DNA of 64,000 bases from the human T2T-CHM13v2.0 reference genome, Homo sapiens, in NCBI RefSeq assembly GCF_009914755.1, contig NC_060948.1; one strand, written 5' to 3'. The stretch's first letter is position 1. The number at the start of each line of letters is the position of its first letter. The position numbers were made by a program, and so were the translations under genes. Of this stretch, positions 13,801 through 28,667 are shown one piece after another. The notes under the pieces were generated by a model, which did no database searches, was not told the DNA's origin, and was given only the letters and a program-made list of their open reading frames with translations.

Positions 13801-14393
13801 ATTGAAAGGAATGGGATCGAATACAATGGAATATACTGGAATGTAATGTAATGAACTCGAATGTAATTGACTGGAATGGAATGTACATGAATGGAATGTA
13901 ATCGAATGGAAAGTAATCCAATGGAATAGAATCTAATGCAATAAAATCGACTCAGATAGAGTAGAATGTAATGGAATGGAGTCCAGTGCAATGGAATGGA
14001 ATGGAATGGAATGCAATGGAATGGAATGGAATGGAATGGAATGGAATGGAATGGAATGGGATGGAATGGGATGGAATGGTATGGAATGGATAGTAATGGA
14101 CTGGAGTGAAATGGACTGGAAAGGAATGGACTCAAATTGAAAGGGCTCGAAAGGAATGGAGTCAAATGGAATGGTCTGGAATGGAATGAACACGAATGTA
14201 ATGCAATCCAATAGAATGGAATCGAATGGCATGGAATATAAAGAAATGGAATCGAAGAGAATGGAAACAAATGGAATGGAATTGAATGGAATGGAATTGA
14301 ATGGAATGGGAACGAATGGAGTGAAATTGTATGCAGTAGAAGGGAATAGAATGGAATGCAAGCGAAAGGAAAGGAATGGATTGGAATGGAATG
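10835..14393 (+). repeat. Unit 4 (3559 bp), second half of dimer copy 1
   Basis: GAATTC at 10835 and 14394. Markers aaaccg, gctcgg, cacgtaat, gagtccag. Confidence 0.92.
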
Positions 14394-17300
14394 GAATTCA
14401 TTGGAATGGAAGGGAATGTAGTGTAATGGACAGGCCTGGAATAAAGTGGAATGCTACGGTCTCGAATGGAATAAAAATGTATGGAATGGAATGCAATGAA
14501 ACGGAATCGAATGTCATAGAATGTAATGGAATGCAAAAAAATGGAATCCTAAATCATTGACTGGAAAGGCTGGGTGTCGAAAGGAATTGACTCCAATGGA
14601 ATGGAATCGAATGGAATGGAAGTGAATAGAATCGAACTAAATCGAATGGAATGGAATTGATAGGAACGGAATGGAAAGGAATGCAATGATTTGGCATGGA
14701 ATGGAATCGAATGGCATCGAATGGAATGGAATGGAATGCAATGGAATGGAATGTATTAGAATGTAATGAACTTTAATGGAATGTACTCGAATGGATTCGA
14801 CTGGAATGGAATGTTCTGGAAGTGAATGGACTCCAATGGAATGGATTCAAAAGGAATGGAATCGTACGGAATGGAATCTAATGGAATGGAATTAAATGGA
14901 AATGAATCAAATTGAATAGCACGGAATTGAATTGAATGGAATGGAATGCAATGGAATCTAATGAAACGGAAAGGAAAGGAATGGAATGGAATGGAAAGGG
15001 CTGGAATGGAAAGGAATCGAAACGAATGGAATGGAATCGAACTGAAGAGACTGGAATGGAATGCACTGGAATGGAAGGGAGTGTAATGGAAGGTTCTCGA
15101 AAAAAATGGAATCGAATGGAATGGAATTGAATGGAACGGAATAGAGTCGAATGGGATTGAATGGAATGGAATGGACTAGAGTGAAATGGAATCGAACCAC
15201 AAGGAATGGACAGGAATAGAATGGTCTCGAATTGAATGGAATCGTATGGAATGGCATCAAACGGAATGGAATGGACAGCCACGGAATGGAATGCACTCGA
15301 ATGCAATGGAGTCGAAACTAATGGACTGGAATAGAATGGACTCGACTGGTACGGACTCCAATGGAATGGAATCGAATGGAAGGGAATCGAACGGAATGGA
15401 CTCGAAGGGAAAAGACTGCAATGGAAAGGTCTCGAATGGAATGGAAATTAATGGAATGGAATGGAATCGAATGAAATGGAGTCAAAAGGAATGGAATCGA
15501 ATGGCAAGAAATCGAATGTAATGGAATCGCAAGGAATTGATGTGAACGGAACGGAATGGAATGGAATCCAAAGGAATGGAATAGAATGGAATGGAATCGA
15601 ATGGAAAGGACTCGAATGGAAATCACTCGAATAGAATGCAATTTAATAAAATAGGATCAAATGTAATGGAATGGAATGGAAAGGAATCGAAACGAAAGGA
15701 ATGGAGACAGATGGAATGGAATGGAACAGAGAGCAATGGTATAGAATGGAATGGAATCATCTGGAATGGAATTGAATGGAATGGAATAATATGAAATGGA
15801 ATGGAATGGAATGGAATGGAATGGAATGGAATGCCCTTGAATTAAATGGACTGGAATGGAATGGACTCGAACAGAGTGGAATGGAAAGTGTTGAGATAGA
15901 ATGCAATGGACTCCTTCGGAATGGTCTAGTATGCAATGCAATCGACTGGCAGGGAATCAAAAGGAATGTAATCGAATGGATTGGACTGGAATGCAGTGGA
16001 CTCGAATAGATTGGAAACGGAATGCAAAGGAATGGAATGGAATAGTATGGAATGGAATGGAAAGGAATGGAGTGGAATAGACTAGAGTGGAATGGAATGG
16101 ACTGGAAAGCAATGGACTGGAATGGAACTTTCTTGAATGGACTGGAATCAAACGGAATGGAATGCAATGCAATCAAATGGCATGGAATAAAATAGAATGA
16201 AAGAGAATCAAATGGAATTGAATCGAATGGAATCGAATGGATTGGAAAGGAATAGAATGGAATGCAATGGAATGGACTAGAATGGAATGGAGTAGAATGG
16301 AATGGATTCGAATGGAAGGCAAAGGAATGGAATCTATTGGAATGGACTGTAATGGAATGGAATGGAAGGGATTGGAATGGACTCGAATGGAATGGACTGC
16401 AATAGAAAGGATTCGAATGGAATGAAAAAGAATTGAATGGAATAGAACAGAATGGAATCAAATCGAATGAAATGGAATGGAATAGAAAGGAATGGAATGA
16501 AATGGAATGGAAAGGATTCGAATGGAATGCAATCGAATGGAATGGAATCGAACGGAATGGAATAAAATGGAAGAAAACTGGCAAGAAATGGAATCGAAAT
16601 GAATGGAGTGTTATGGAACGGACTCAAAAGGAATTGAATGTAATAGAATGGAGTGGAGTGGACTCGAATATAATGGACTGGAATGGAATGAAATCACATG
16701 GAATGGGAACGAATGGAATGGAATGGAAAGGAATGGAATCGAATGGAAAGGAATCGAATGGAAGGGAATGAAATTGAATCAACAGGAATGGAAGGGAATA
16801 GAATAGACGGTAATGGAATGGACTCGAATAGAATGGACACGAATGCTCAAATTGAATGGACTCCAATGGAATGGAAACGAAAGGAATGTCATCGAATAGA
16901 ATTGAATCGATTGGAATGAAATCGCAAGAATGGAGTGGAATCAAATGGAATTGAATCGAAAGGAAAGGAAGCGAATGGACTGAAATGAAATGGAATGGAA
17001 TTGAATGGAAAGTAATGCAATGGAATAGAATGGAACGAAATTTCACGGAATGGAATCAAACTGAAAGGAATCAAATCAATGGAATCTAATCAAATGGAAT
17101 GGAAGGGAATTGAATGGAGTAGATTGGATTGGATGGGATTGGAGTGAAATGTACTGGAAAGGACTCGAATTTCATGAAACGGAATGGAATGAATTGGAAC
17201 GGAATGGACTCGAATGGAATGGAATGTCATGGAATGGCATCAAATGGAATGGCATCAAATGGAATGGAATCGAATGCAATGGAATGCTATGGAATGGAAT

Positions 17301-17971
17301 GGAATGCATTGGAATGGAATGTCCTCTAATGGAATGGATTCGAGTGGAATGGAATCGAATATAATGGAGTCGAATGAAAGGGAATTGAAAGGAATGGGAT
17401 CGAATACAATGGAATATACTGGAATGTAATGTAATGAACTCGAATGTAATTGACTGGAATGGAATGTACATGAATGGAATGTAATCGAATGGAAAGTAAT
17501 CCAATGGAATAGAATCTAATGCAATAAAATCGACTCAGATAGAGTAGAATGTAATGGAATGGAGTGCAGTACAATGGAATGGAATGGAATGCAATGGAAT
17601 GGAATGGAATGGAATGGAATGGAATGGAATGGAATGGGATGGAATGGGATGGAATGGTATGGAATGGATAGTAATGGACTGGAGTGAAATGGACTGGAAA
17701 GGAATGGACTCAAATTGAAAGGGCTCGAAAGGAATGGAGTCAAATGGAATGGTCTGGAATGGAATGAACACGAATGTAATGCAATCCAATAGAATGGAAT
17801 CGAATGGCATGGAATATAAAGAAATGGAATCGAAGAGAATGGAAACAAATGGAATGGAATTGAATGGAATGGAATTGAATGGAATGGGAACGAATGGAGT
17901 GAAATTGTATGCAGTAGAAGGGAATAGAATGGAATGCAAGCGAAAGGAAAGGAATGGATTGGAATGGAATG
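14394..17971 (+). repeat. Unit 5 (3578 bp), copy of unit 3
   Basis: Same length and markers as unit 3. Corresponding ORFs are offset by 7137. Confidence 0.92.
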
Positions 17972-20900
17972 GAATTCATTGGAATGGAAGGGAATGTAGT
18001 GTAATGGACAGGCCTGGAATAAAGTGGAATGCTACGGTCTCGAATGGAATAAAAATGTATGGAATGGAATGCAATGAAACGGAATCGAATGTCATAGAAT
18101 GTAATGGAATGCAAAAAAATGGAATCCAAAATCATTGACTGGAAAGGCTGGGTGTCGAAAGGAATTGACTCCAATGGAATGGAATCGAATGGAATGGAAG
18201 TGAATAGAATCGAACTAAACCGAATGGAATGGAATTGATAGGAACGGAATGGAAAGGAATGCAATGAATTGGCATGGAATGGAATCGAATGGCATCGAAT
18301 GGAATGGAATGGAATGCAATGGAATGGAATGTACTAGAATGTAATGAACTTTAATGGAATGTACTCGAATGGATTCGACTGGAATGGAATGTTCTGGAAG
18401 TGAATGGACTCCAATGGAATGGATTCAAAAGGAATGGAATCGTACGGAATGGAATCTAATGGAATGGAATTAAATGGAAATGAATCAAATTGAATAGCTC
18501 GGAATTGAATTGAATGGAATGGAATGCAATGGAATCTAATGAAACGGAAAGGAAAGGAATGGAATGGAATGGAATGGGCTGGAATGGAAAGGAATCGAAA
18601 CGAATGGAATGGAATCGAACTGAAGAGACTGGAATGGAATGCACTGGAATGGAAGAGAGTGTAATGGAAGGTTCTCGAAAAAAATGGAATCGAATGGAAT
18701 GGAATTGAATGGAACGGAATAGAGTCGAATGGAATTGAATGGAATGGAATGGACTAGAGTGAAATGGAATCGAACCACAAGGAATGGACAGGAATAGAAT
18801 GGTCTCGAATTGAATGGAATCGTATGGAATGGCATCAAACGGAATGGAATGGACAGCCACGGAATGGAATGCACTCGAATGCAATGGAGTCGAAACTAAT
18901 GGACTGGAATAGAATGGACTCGACTGGTACGGACTCCAATGGAATGGAATCGAATGGAAGGGAATCGAACGGAATGGACTCGAAGGGAAAAGACTGCAAT
19001 GGAAAGGTCTCGAATGGAATGGAAATTAATGGAATGGAATGGAATCGAATGAAATGGAGTCAAAAGGAATGGAATCGAATGGCAAGAAATCGAATGTAAT
19101 GGAATCGCAAGGAATTGATGTGAACGGAACGGAATGGAATGGAATCCAAAGGAATGGAATAGAATGGAATGGAATCGAATGGAAAGGACTCGAATGGAAA
19201 TCACTCGAATAGAATGCAATTTAATAAAATAGGATCAAATGTAATGGAATGGAATGGAAAGGAATCGAAACGAAAGGAATGGAGACAGATGGAATGGAAT
19301 GGAACAGAGAGCAATGGTATAGAATGGAATGGAATCATCTGGAATGGAATTGAATGGAATGGAATAATATGAAATGGAATGGAATGGAATGGAATGGAAT
19401 GCCCTTGAATTAAATGGACTGGAATGGAATGGACTCGAACAGAGTGGAATGGAAAGTGTTGAGATAGAATGGAATGGACTCCTTTGGAATGGTGTAGTAT
19501 GCAATGCAATCGACTGGCAGGGAATCAAAAGGAATGTAATCGAATGGATTGGACTGGAATGCAATGGACTCGAATAGATTGGAAACGGAATGCAAAGGAA
19601 TGGAATGGAATAGTATGGAATGGAATGGAAAGGAATGGAGTGGAATAGACTAGAGTGGAATGGAATGGACTGGAAAGCAATGGACTGGAATGGAACTTTC
19701 TTGAATGGACTGGAATCAAACGGAATGGAATGCAATGCAATCAAATGGCATGGAATAAAATAGAATGAAAGAGAATCAAATGGAATTGAATCGAATGGAA
19801 TCGAATGGATTGGAAAGGAATAGAATGGAATGGAATGGAATGGACTAGAATGGAATGGATTCGAATGGAAGGCAAAGGAATGGAATCTATTGGAATGGAC
19901 TGTAATGGAATGGAATGGAAGGGATTGGAATGGACTCGAATGGAATGGACTGCAATAGAAAGGATTCGAATGGAATGAAAAAGAATTGAATGGAATAGAA
20001 CAGAATGGAATCAAATCGAATGAAATGGAATGGAATAGAAAGGAATGGAATGAAATGGAATGGAAAGGATTCGAATGGAATGCAATCGAATGGAATGGAA
20101 TCGAACGGAATGGAATAAAATGGAAGAAAACTGGCAAGAAATGGAATCGAAATGAATGGAGTGTTATGGAACGGACTCAAAAGGAATTGAATGTAATAGA
20201 ATGGAGTGGAGTGGACTCGAATATAATGGACTGGAATGGAATGAAATCACAAGGAATGGGAACGAATGGAATGGAATGGAAAGGAATGGAATCGAATGGA
20301 AAGGAATCGAATGGAAGGGAATGAAATTGAATCAACAGGAATGGAAGGGAATAGAATAGACGGTAATGGAATGGACTCGAATAGAATGGACACGAATGCT
20401 CAAATTGAATGGACTCGAATGGAATGGAAACGAAAGGAATGTCATCGAATGGAATTGAATGGATTGGAATGAAATCGCATAGAATGGAGTGGAATCAAAT
20501 GGAATTGAATCGAAAGGAAAGGAAGCGAATGGACTGAAATGAAATGGAATGGAATTGAATGGAAAGTAATGCAATGGAATAGAATGGAACGAAATTTCAC
20601 GTAATGGAATCAAACTGAATGGAATCAAATCAATGGAATCAAATCAAATGGAATGGAAAGGAATTGAATGGAGTAGATTGGATTGGATGGGATTGGAATG
20701 AAATGTACTGGAAAGGACTCGAATTTCATGAAACGGAATGGAATGAATTGGAACGGAATGGACTCGAATGGAATGGAATGTCATGGAATGGCATCAAATG
20801 GAATGGCATCAAATGGAATGGAATCGAATGCAATGGAATGCTATGGAATGGAATGGAATGCATTGGAATGGAATGTCCTCTAATGGAATGGATTCGAGTG

Positions 20901-21530
20901 GAATGGAATCGAATATAATGGAGTCGAATGAAATGGAATTGAAAGGAATGGGATCGAATACAATGGAATATACTGGAATGTAATGTAATGAACTCGAATG
21001 TAATTGACTGGAATGGAATGTACATGAATGGAATGTAATCGAATGGAAAGTAATCCAATGGAATAGAATCTAATGCAATAAAATCGACTCAGATAGAGTA
21101 GAATGTAATGGAATGGAGTCCAGTGCAATGGAATGGAATGGAATGGAATGCAATGGAATGGAATGGAATGGAATGGAATGGAATGGAATGGAATGGGATG
21201 GAATGGGATGGAATGGTATGGAATGGATAGTAATGGACTGGAGTGAAATGGACTGGAAAGGAATGGACTCAAATTGAAAGGGCTCGAAAGGAATGGAGTC
21301 AAATGGAATGGTCTGGAATGGAATGAACACGAATGTAATGCAATCCAATAGAATGGAATCGAATGGCATGGAATATAAAGAAATGGAATCGAAGAGAATG
21401 GAAACAAATGGAATGGAATTGAATGGAATGGAATTGAATGGAATGGGAACGAATGGAGTGAAATTGTATGCAGTAGAAGGGAATAGAATGGAATGCAAGC
21501 GAAAGGAAAGGAATGGATTGGAATGGAATG
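17972..21530 (+). repeat. Unit 6 (3559 bp), copy of unit 4
   Basis: Same length and markers as unit 4, offset 7137. Confidence 0.92.
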
Positions 21531-24500
21531 GAATTCATTGGAATGGAAGGGAATGTAGTGTAATGGACAGGCCTGGAATAAAGTGGAATGCTACGGTCTC
21601 GAATGGAATAAAAATGTATGGAATGGAATGCAATGAAACGGAATCGAATGTCATAGAATGTAATGGAATGCAAAAAAATGGAATCCAAAATCATTGACTG
21701 GAAAGGCTGGGTGTCGAAAGGAATTGACTCCAATGGAATGGAATCGAATGGAATGGAAGTGAATAGAATCGAACTAAATCGAATGGAATGGAATTGATAG
21801 GAACGGAATGGAAAGGAATGCAATGATTTGGCATGGAATGGAATCGAATGGCATCGAATGGAATGGAATGGAATGCAATGGAATGGAATGCATTAGAATG
21901 TAATGAACTTTAATGGAATGTACTCGAATGGATTCGACTGGAATGGAATGTTCTGGAAGTGAATGGACTCCAATGGAATGGATTCAAAAGGAATGGAATC
22001 GTACGGAATGGAATCTAATGGAATGGAATTAAATGGAAATGAATCAAATTGAATAGCACGGAATTGAATTGAATGGAATGGAATGCAATGGAATCTAATG
22101 AAACGGAAAGGAAAGGAATGGAATGGAATGGAATGGGCTGGAATGGAAAGGAATCGAAACGAATGGAATGGAATCGAACTGAAGAGACTGGAATGGAATG
22201 CACTGGAATGGAAGGGAGTGTAATGGAAGGTTCTCGAAAAAAATGGAATCGAATGGAATGGAATTGAATGGAACGGAATAGAGTCGAATGGAATTGAATG
22301 GAATGGAATGGACTAGAGTGAAATGGAATCGAACCACAAGGAATGGACAGGAATAGAATGGTCTCGAATTGAATGGAATCGTATGGAATGGCATCAAACG
22401 GAATGGAATGGACAGCCACGGAATGGAATGCACTCGAATGCAATGGAGTCGAAACTAATGGACTGGAATAGAATGGACTCGACTGGTACGGACTCCAATG
22501 GAATGGAATCGAATGGAAGGGAATCGAACGGAATGGACTCGAAGGGAAAAGACTGCAATGGAAAGGTCTCGAATGGAATGGAAATTAATGGAATGGAATG
22601 GAATCGAATGAAAAGGAGTCAAAAGGAATGGAATCGAATGGCAAGAAATCGAATGTAATGGAATCGCAAGGAATTGATGTGAACGGAACGGAATGGAATG
22701 GAATCCAAAGGAATGGAATAGAATGGAATGGAATCGAATGGAAAGGACTCGAATGGAAATCACTCGAATAGAATGCAATTTAATAAAATAGGATCAAATG
22801 TAATGGAATGGAATGGAAAGGAATCGAAACGAAAGGAATGGAGACAGATGGAATGGAATGGAACAGAGAGCAATGGTATAGAATGGAATGGAATCATCTG
22901 GAATGGAATTGAATGGAATGGAATAATATGAAATGGAATGGAATGGAATGGAATGGAATGCCCTTGAATTAAATGGACTGGAATGGAATGGACTCGAACA
23001 GAGTGGAATGGAAAGTGTTGAGATAGAATGGAATGGACTCCTTTGGAATGGTGTAGTATGCAATGCAATCGACTGGCAGGGAATCAAAAGGAATGTAATG
23101 GAAGGGATTGGACTGGAATGCAATGGACTCGAATAGATTGGAAACGGAATGCAAAGGAATGGAATGGAATAGTATGGAATGGAATGGAAAGGAATGGAGT
23201 GGAATAGACTAGAGTGGAATGGAATGGACTGGAAAGCAATGGACTGGAATGGAACTTTCTTGAATGGACTGGAATCAAACGGAATGGAATGCAATGCAAT
23301 CAAATGGCATGGAATAAAATAGAATGAAAGAGAATCAAATGGAATTGAATCGAATGGAATCGAATGGATTGGAAAGGAATAGAATGGAATGGAATGGAAT
23401 TGACTCAAATGGAATGGACTAGAATGGAATGGATTCGAATGGAAGGCAAAGGAATGGAATCTATTGGAATGGACTGTAATGGAATGGAATGGAAGGGATT
23501 GGAATGGACTCGAATGGAATGGACTGCAATAGAAAGGATTCGAATGGAATGAAAAAGAATTGAATGGAATAGAACAGAATGGAATCAAATCGAATGAAAT
23601 GGAATGGAATAGAAAGGAATGGAATGAAATGGAATGGAAAGGATTCGAATGGAATGCAATCGAATGGAATGGAATCGAACGGAATGGAATAAAATGGAAG
23701 AAAACTGGCAAGAAATGGAATCGAAATGAATGGAGTGTTATGGAACGGACTCAAAAGGAATTGAATGTAATAGAATGGAGTGGAGTGGACTCGAATATAA
23801 TGGACTGGAATGGAATGAAATCACATGGAATGGGAACGAATGGAATGGAATGGAAAGGAATGGAATCGAATGGAAAGGAATCGAATGGAAGGGAATGAAA
23901 TTGAATCAACAGGAATGGAAGGGAATAGAATAGACGGTAATGGAATGGACTCGAATAGAATGGACACGAATGCTGAAATTGAATGGACTCGAATGGAATG
24001 GAAACGAAAGGAATGTCATCGAATGGAATTGAATGGATTGGAATGAAATCGCATAGAATGGAGTGGAATCAAATGGAATTGAATCGAAAGGAAAGGAAGC
24101 GAATGGACTGAAATGAAATGGAATGGAATTGAATGGAAAGTAATGCAATGGAATAGAATGGAATGAAATTTCACGGAATGGAATCAAACTGAATGGAATC
24201 AAATCAATGGAATCAAATCAAATGGAATGGAAAGGAATTGAATGGAGTAGATTGGATTGGATGGGATTGGAATGAAATGTACTGGAAAGGACTCGAATTT
24301 CATGAAACGGAATGGAATGAATTGGAACGGAATGGACTCGAATGGAATGGAATGTCATGGAATGGCATCAAATGGAATGGCATCAAATGGAATGGAATCG
24401 AATGCAATGGAATGCTATGGAATGGAATGGAATGCATTGGAATGGAATGTCCTCTAATGGAATGGATTCGAGTGGAATGGAATCGAATATAATGGAGTCG

Positions 24501-25094
24501 AATGAAATGGAATTGAAAGGAGTGGGATCGAATACAATGGAATATACTGGAATGTAATGTAATGAACTCGAATGTAATTGACTGGAATTGAATGTACATG
24601 AATGGAATGTAATCGAATGGAAAGTAATCCAATGGAATAGAATCTAATGCAATAAAACCGACTCAGATAGAGTAGAATGTAATGGAATGGAGTGCAGTGC
24701 AATGGAATGGAATGGAATGGAATGCAATGGAATGGAATGGAATGGAATGGAATGGAATGGAATGGAATGGGATGGAATGGGATGGAATGGATAGTAATGG
24801 ACTGGAGTGAAATGGACTGGAAAGGAATGGACTCAAATTGAAAGGGCTCGAAAGGAATGGAGTCAAATGGAATGGTCTGGAATGGAATGAACACGAATGT
24901 AATGCAATCCAATAGAATGGAATCGAATGGCATGGAATATAAAGAAATGGAATCGAAGAGAATGGAAACAAATGGAATGGAATTGAATGGAATGGAATTG
25001 AATGGAATGGGAACGAATGGAGTGAAATTGTATGCAGTAGAAGGGAATAGAATGGAATGCAAGCGAAAGGAAAGGAATGGATTGGAATGGAATG
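21531..25094 (+). repeat. Unit 7 (3564 bp)
   Basis: GAATTC at 21531 and 25095, canonical DYZ1 length. Confidence 0.92.
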
Positions 25095-28000
25095 GAATTC
25101 ATTGGAATGGAAGGGAATGTAGTGTAATGGACAGGCCTGGAATAAAGTGGAATGCTACGGTCTCGAATGGAATAAAAATGTATGGAATGGAATGCAATGA
25201 AACGGAATCGAATGTCATAGAATGTAATGGAATGCAAAAAAATGGAATCCAAAATCATTGACTGGAAAGGCTGGGTGTCGAAAGGAATTGATTCCAGTGG
25301 AATGGAATCGAATGGAATGGAAGTGAATAGAATCGAACTAAATCGAATGGAATGGAATTGATAGTAACGGAATGGAAAGGAATGCAATGATTTGGCATGG
25401 AATGGAATCGAATGGCATCGAATGGAATGGAATGGAATGCAATGGAATGGAATGTATTAGAATGTAATGAACTTTAATGGAATGTACTCGAATGGATTCG
25501 ACTGGAATGGAATGTTCTGGAAGTGAATGGACTCCAATGGAATGGATTCCAAAGGAATGGAATCGTACGGAATGGAATCTAATGGAATGGAATTAAATGG
25601 AAATGAATCAAATTGAATAGCACGGAATTGAATTGAATGGAATGGAATGCAATGGAATCTAATGAAACGGAAAGGAAAGGAATGGAATGGAATGGAATGG
25701 GCTGGAATGGAAAGGAATCGAAACGAATGGAATGGAATCGAACTGAAGAGACTGGAATGGAATGCACTGGAATGGAAGGGAGTGTAATGGAAGGTTCTCG
25801 AAAAAAATGGAATGGAATGGAATGGAATTGAATGGAACGGAATAGAGTCGAATGGAATTGAATGGAATGGAATGGACTAGAGTGAAATGGAATCGAACCA
25901 CAAGGAATGGACAGGAATAGAATGGTCTCGAATTGAATGGAATCGTATGGAATGGCATCAAACGGAATGGAATGGACAGCCACGGAATGGAATGCACTCG
26001 AATGCAATGGAGTCGAAACTAATGGACTGGAATAGAATGGACTCGACTGGTACGGACTCCAATGGAATGGAATCGAATGGAAGGGAACCGAACGGAATGG
26101 ACTCGAAGGGAAAAGACTGCAATGGAAAGGTCTCGAATGGAATGGAAATTAATGGAATGGAATGGAATCGAATGAAATGGAGTCAAAAGGAATGGAATCG
26201 AATGGCAAGAAATCGAATGTAATGGAATCGCAAGGAATTGATGTGAACGGAACGGAATGGAATGGAATCCAAAAGAATGGAATAGAATGGAATGGAATCG
26301 AATGGAAAGGACTCGAATGGAAATCACTCGAATAGAATGCAATTTAATAAAATAGGATCAAATGTAATGGAATGGAATGGAAAGGAATCGATACGAAAGG
26401 AATGGAGACAGATGGAATGGAATGGAACAGAGAGCAATGGTATAGAATGGAATGGAATCATCTGGAATGGAATTGAATGGAATGGAATAATATGAAATGG
26501 AATGGAATGGAATGGAATGGAATGGAATGGAATGGAATGCCCTTGAATTAAATGGACTGGAATGGAATGGACTCGAACAGAGTGGAATGGAAAGTGTTGA
26601 GATAGAATGCAATGGACTCCTTCGGAATGGTCTAGTATGCAATGCAATCGACTGGCAGGGAATCAAAAGGAATGTAATCGAATGGATTGGACTGGAATGC
26701 AGTGGACTCGAATAGATTGGAAACGGAATGCAAAGGAATGGAATGGAATAGTATGGAATGGAATGGAAAGGAATGGAGTGGAATAGACTAGAGTGGAATG
26801 GAATGGACTGGAAAGCAATGGACTGGAATGGAACTTTCTTGAATGGACTGGAATCAAACGGAATGGAATGCAATGCAATCAAATGGCATGGAATAAAATA
26901 GAATGAAAGAGAATCAAATGGAATTGAATCGAATGGAATCGAATGGATTGGAAAGGAATAGAATGGAATGGAATGGAATTGACTCAAATGGAATGGACTA
27001 GAATGGAATGGATTAGAATGGAAGGCAAAGGAATGGAATCTATTGGAATGGACTGTAATGGAATGGAATGGAAGGGATTGGAATGGACTCGAATGGAATG
27101 GACTGCAATAGAAAGGATTCGAATGGAATGAAAAAGAATTGAATGGAATAGAACAGAATGGAATCAAATCGAATGAAATGGAATGGAATAGAAAGGAATG
27201 GAATGAAATGGAATGGAAAGGATTCGAATGGAATGCAATCGAATGGAATGGAATCGAACGGAATGGAATAAAATGGAAGAAAACTGGCAAGAAATGGAAT
27301 CGAAATGAATGGAGTGTTATGGAACGGACTCAAAAGGAATTGAATGTAATAGAATGGAGTGGAGTGGACTCGAATATAATGGACTGGAATGGAATGAAAT
27401 CACATGGAATGGGAACGAATGGAATGGAATGGAAAGGAATGGAATCGAATGGAAAGGAATCGAATGGAAGGGAATGAAATTGAATCAACAGGAATGGAAG
27501 GGAATAGAATAGACGGTAATGGAATGGACTCGAATAGAATGGACACGAATGCTCAAATTGAATGGACTCCAATGGAATGGAAACGAAAGGAATGTCATCG
27601 AATAGAATTGAATCGACTGGAATGAAATCGCAAGAATGGAGTGGAATCAAATGGAATTGAATCGAAAGGAAAGGAAGCGAATGGACTGAAATGAAATGGA
27701 ATGGAATTGAATGGAAAGTAATGCAATGGAATAGAATGGAACGAAATTTCACGGAATGGAATCAAACTGAAAGGAATCAAATCAATGGAATCTAATCAAA
27801 TGGAATGGAAGGGAATTGAATGGAGTAGATTGGATTGGATGGGATTGGAGTGAAATGTACTGGAAAGGACTCGAATTTCATGAAACGGAATGGAATGAAT
27901 TGGAACGGAATGGACTCGAATGGAATGGAATGTCATGGAATGGCATCAAATGGAATGGCATCAAATGGAATGGAATCGAATGCAATGGAATGCTATGGAA

Positions 28001-28667
28001 TGGAATGGAATGCATTGGAATGGAATGTCCTCTAATGGAATGGATTCGAGTGGAATGGAATCGAATATAATGGAGTCGAATGAAATGGAATTGAAAGGAA
28101 TGGGATCGTATACAATGGAATATGCTGGAATGTAATGTAATGAACTCGAATGTAATTGACTGGAATGGAATGTACATGAATGGAATGTAATCGAATGGAA
28201 AGTAATCCAATGGAATAGAATCTAATGCAATAAAATCGACTCAGATAGAGTAGAATGTAATGGAATGGATTGCAGTACAATGGAATGGAATGGAATGCAA
28301 TGGAATGGAATGGAATGGAATGGAATGGAATGGGATGGAATGGGATGGAATGGTATGGAGTGGATAGTAATGGACTGGAGTGAAATGGACTGGAAAGGAA
28401 TGGACTCAAATTGAAAGGGCTCGAAAGGAATGGAGTCAAATGGAATGGTCTGGAATGGAATGAACACGAATGTAATGCAATCCAATAGAATGGAATCGAA
28501 TGGCATGGAATATAAAGAAATGGAATCGAAGAGAATGGAAACAAATGGAATGGAATTGAATGGAATGCAATTGAATGGAATGGGAACGAATGGAGTGAAA
28601 TTGTATGCAGTAGAAGGGAATAGAATGGAATGCAAGCGAAAGGAAAGGAATGGATTGGAATGGAATG
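25095..28667 (+). repeat. Unit 8 (3573 bp)
   Basis: GAATTC at 25095 and 28668. Has an 8-copy pure tract before gccctt and the 1-bp deletion at ~27632. Confidence 0.92.

Larger units (their letters stand above)
6950..21680 (+). repeat. Higher-order tandem duplication, 2 x 7137 bp (dimer of units)
   Basis: Unit lengths alternate 3578/3559/3578/3559. ORF coordinates and rare variants repeat at exactly 7137 bp. Boundaries are uncertain by about 450 bp. Confidence 0.88.
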
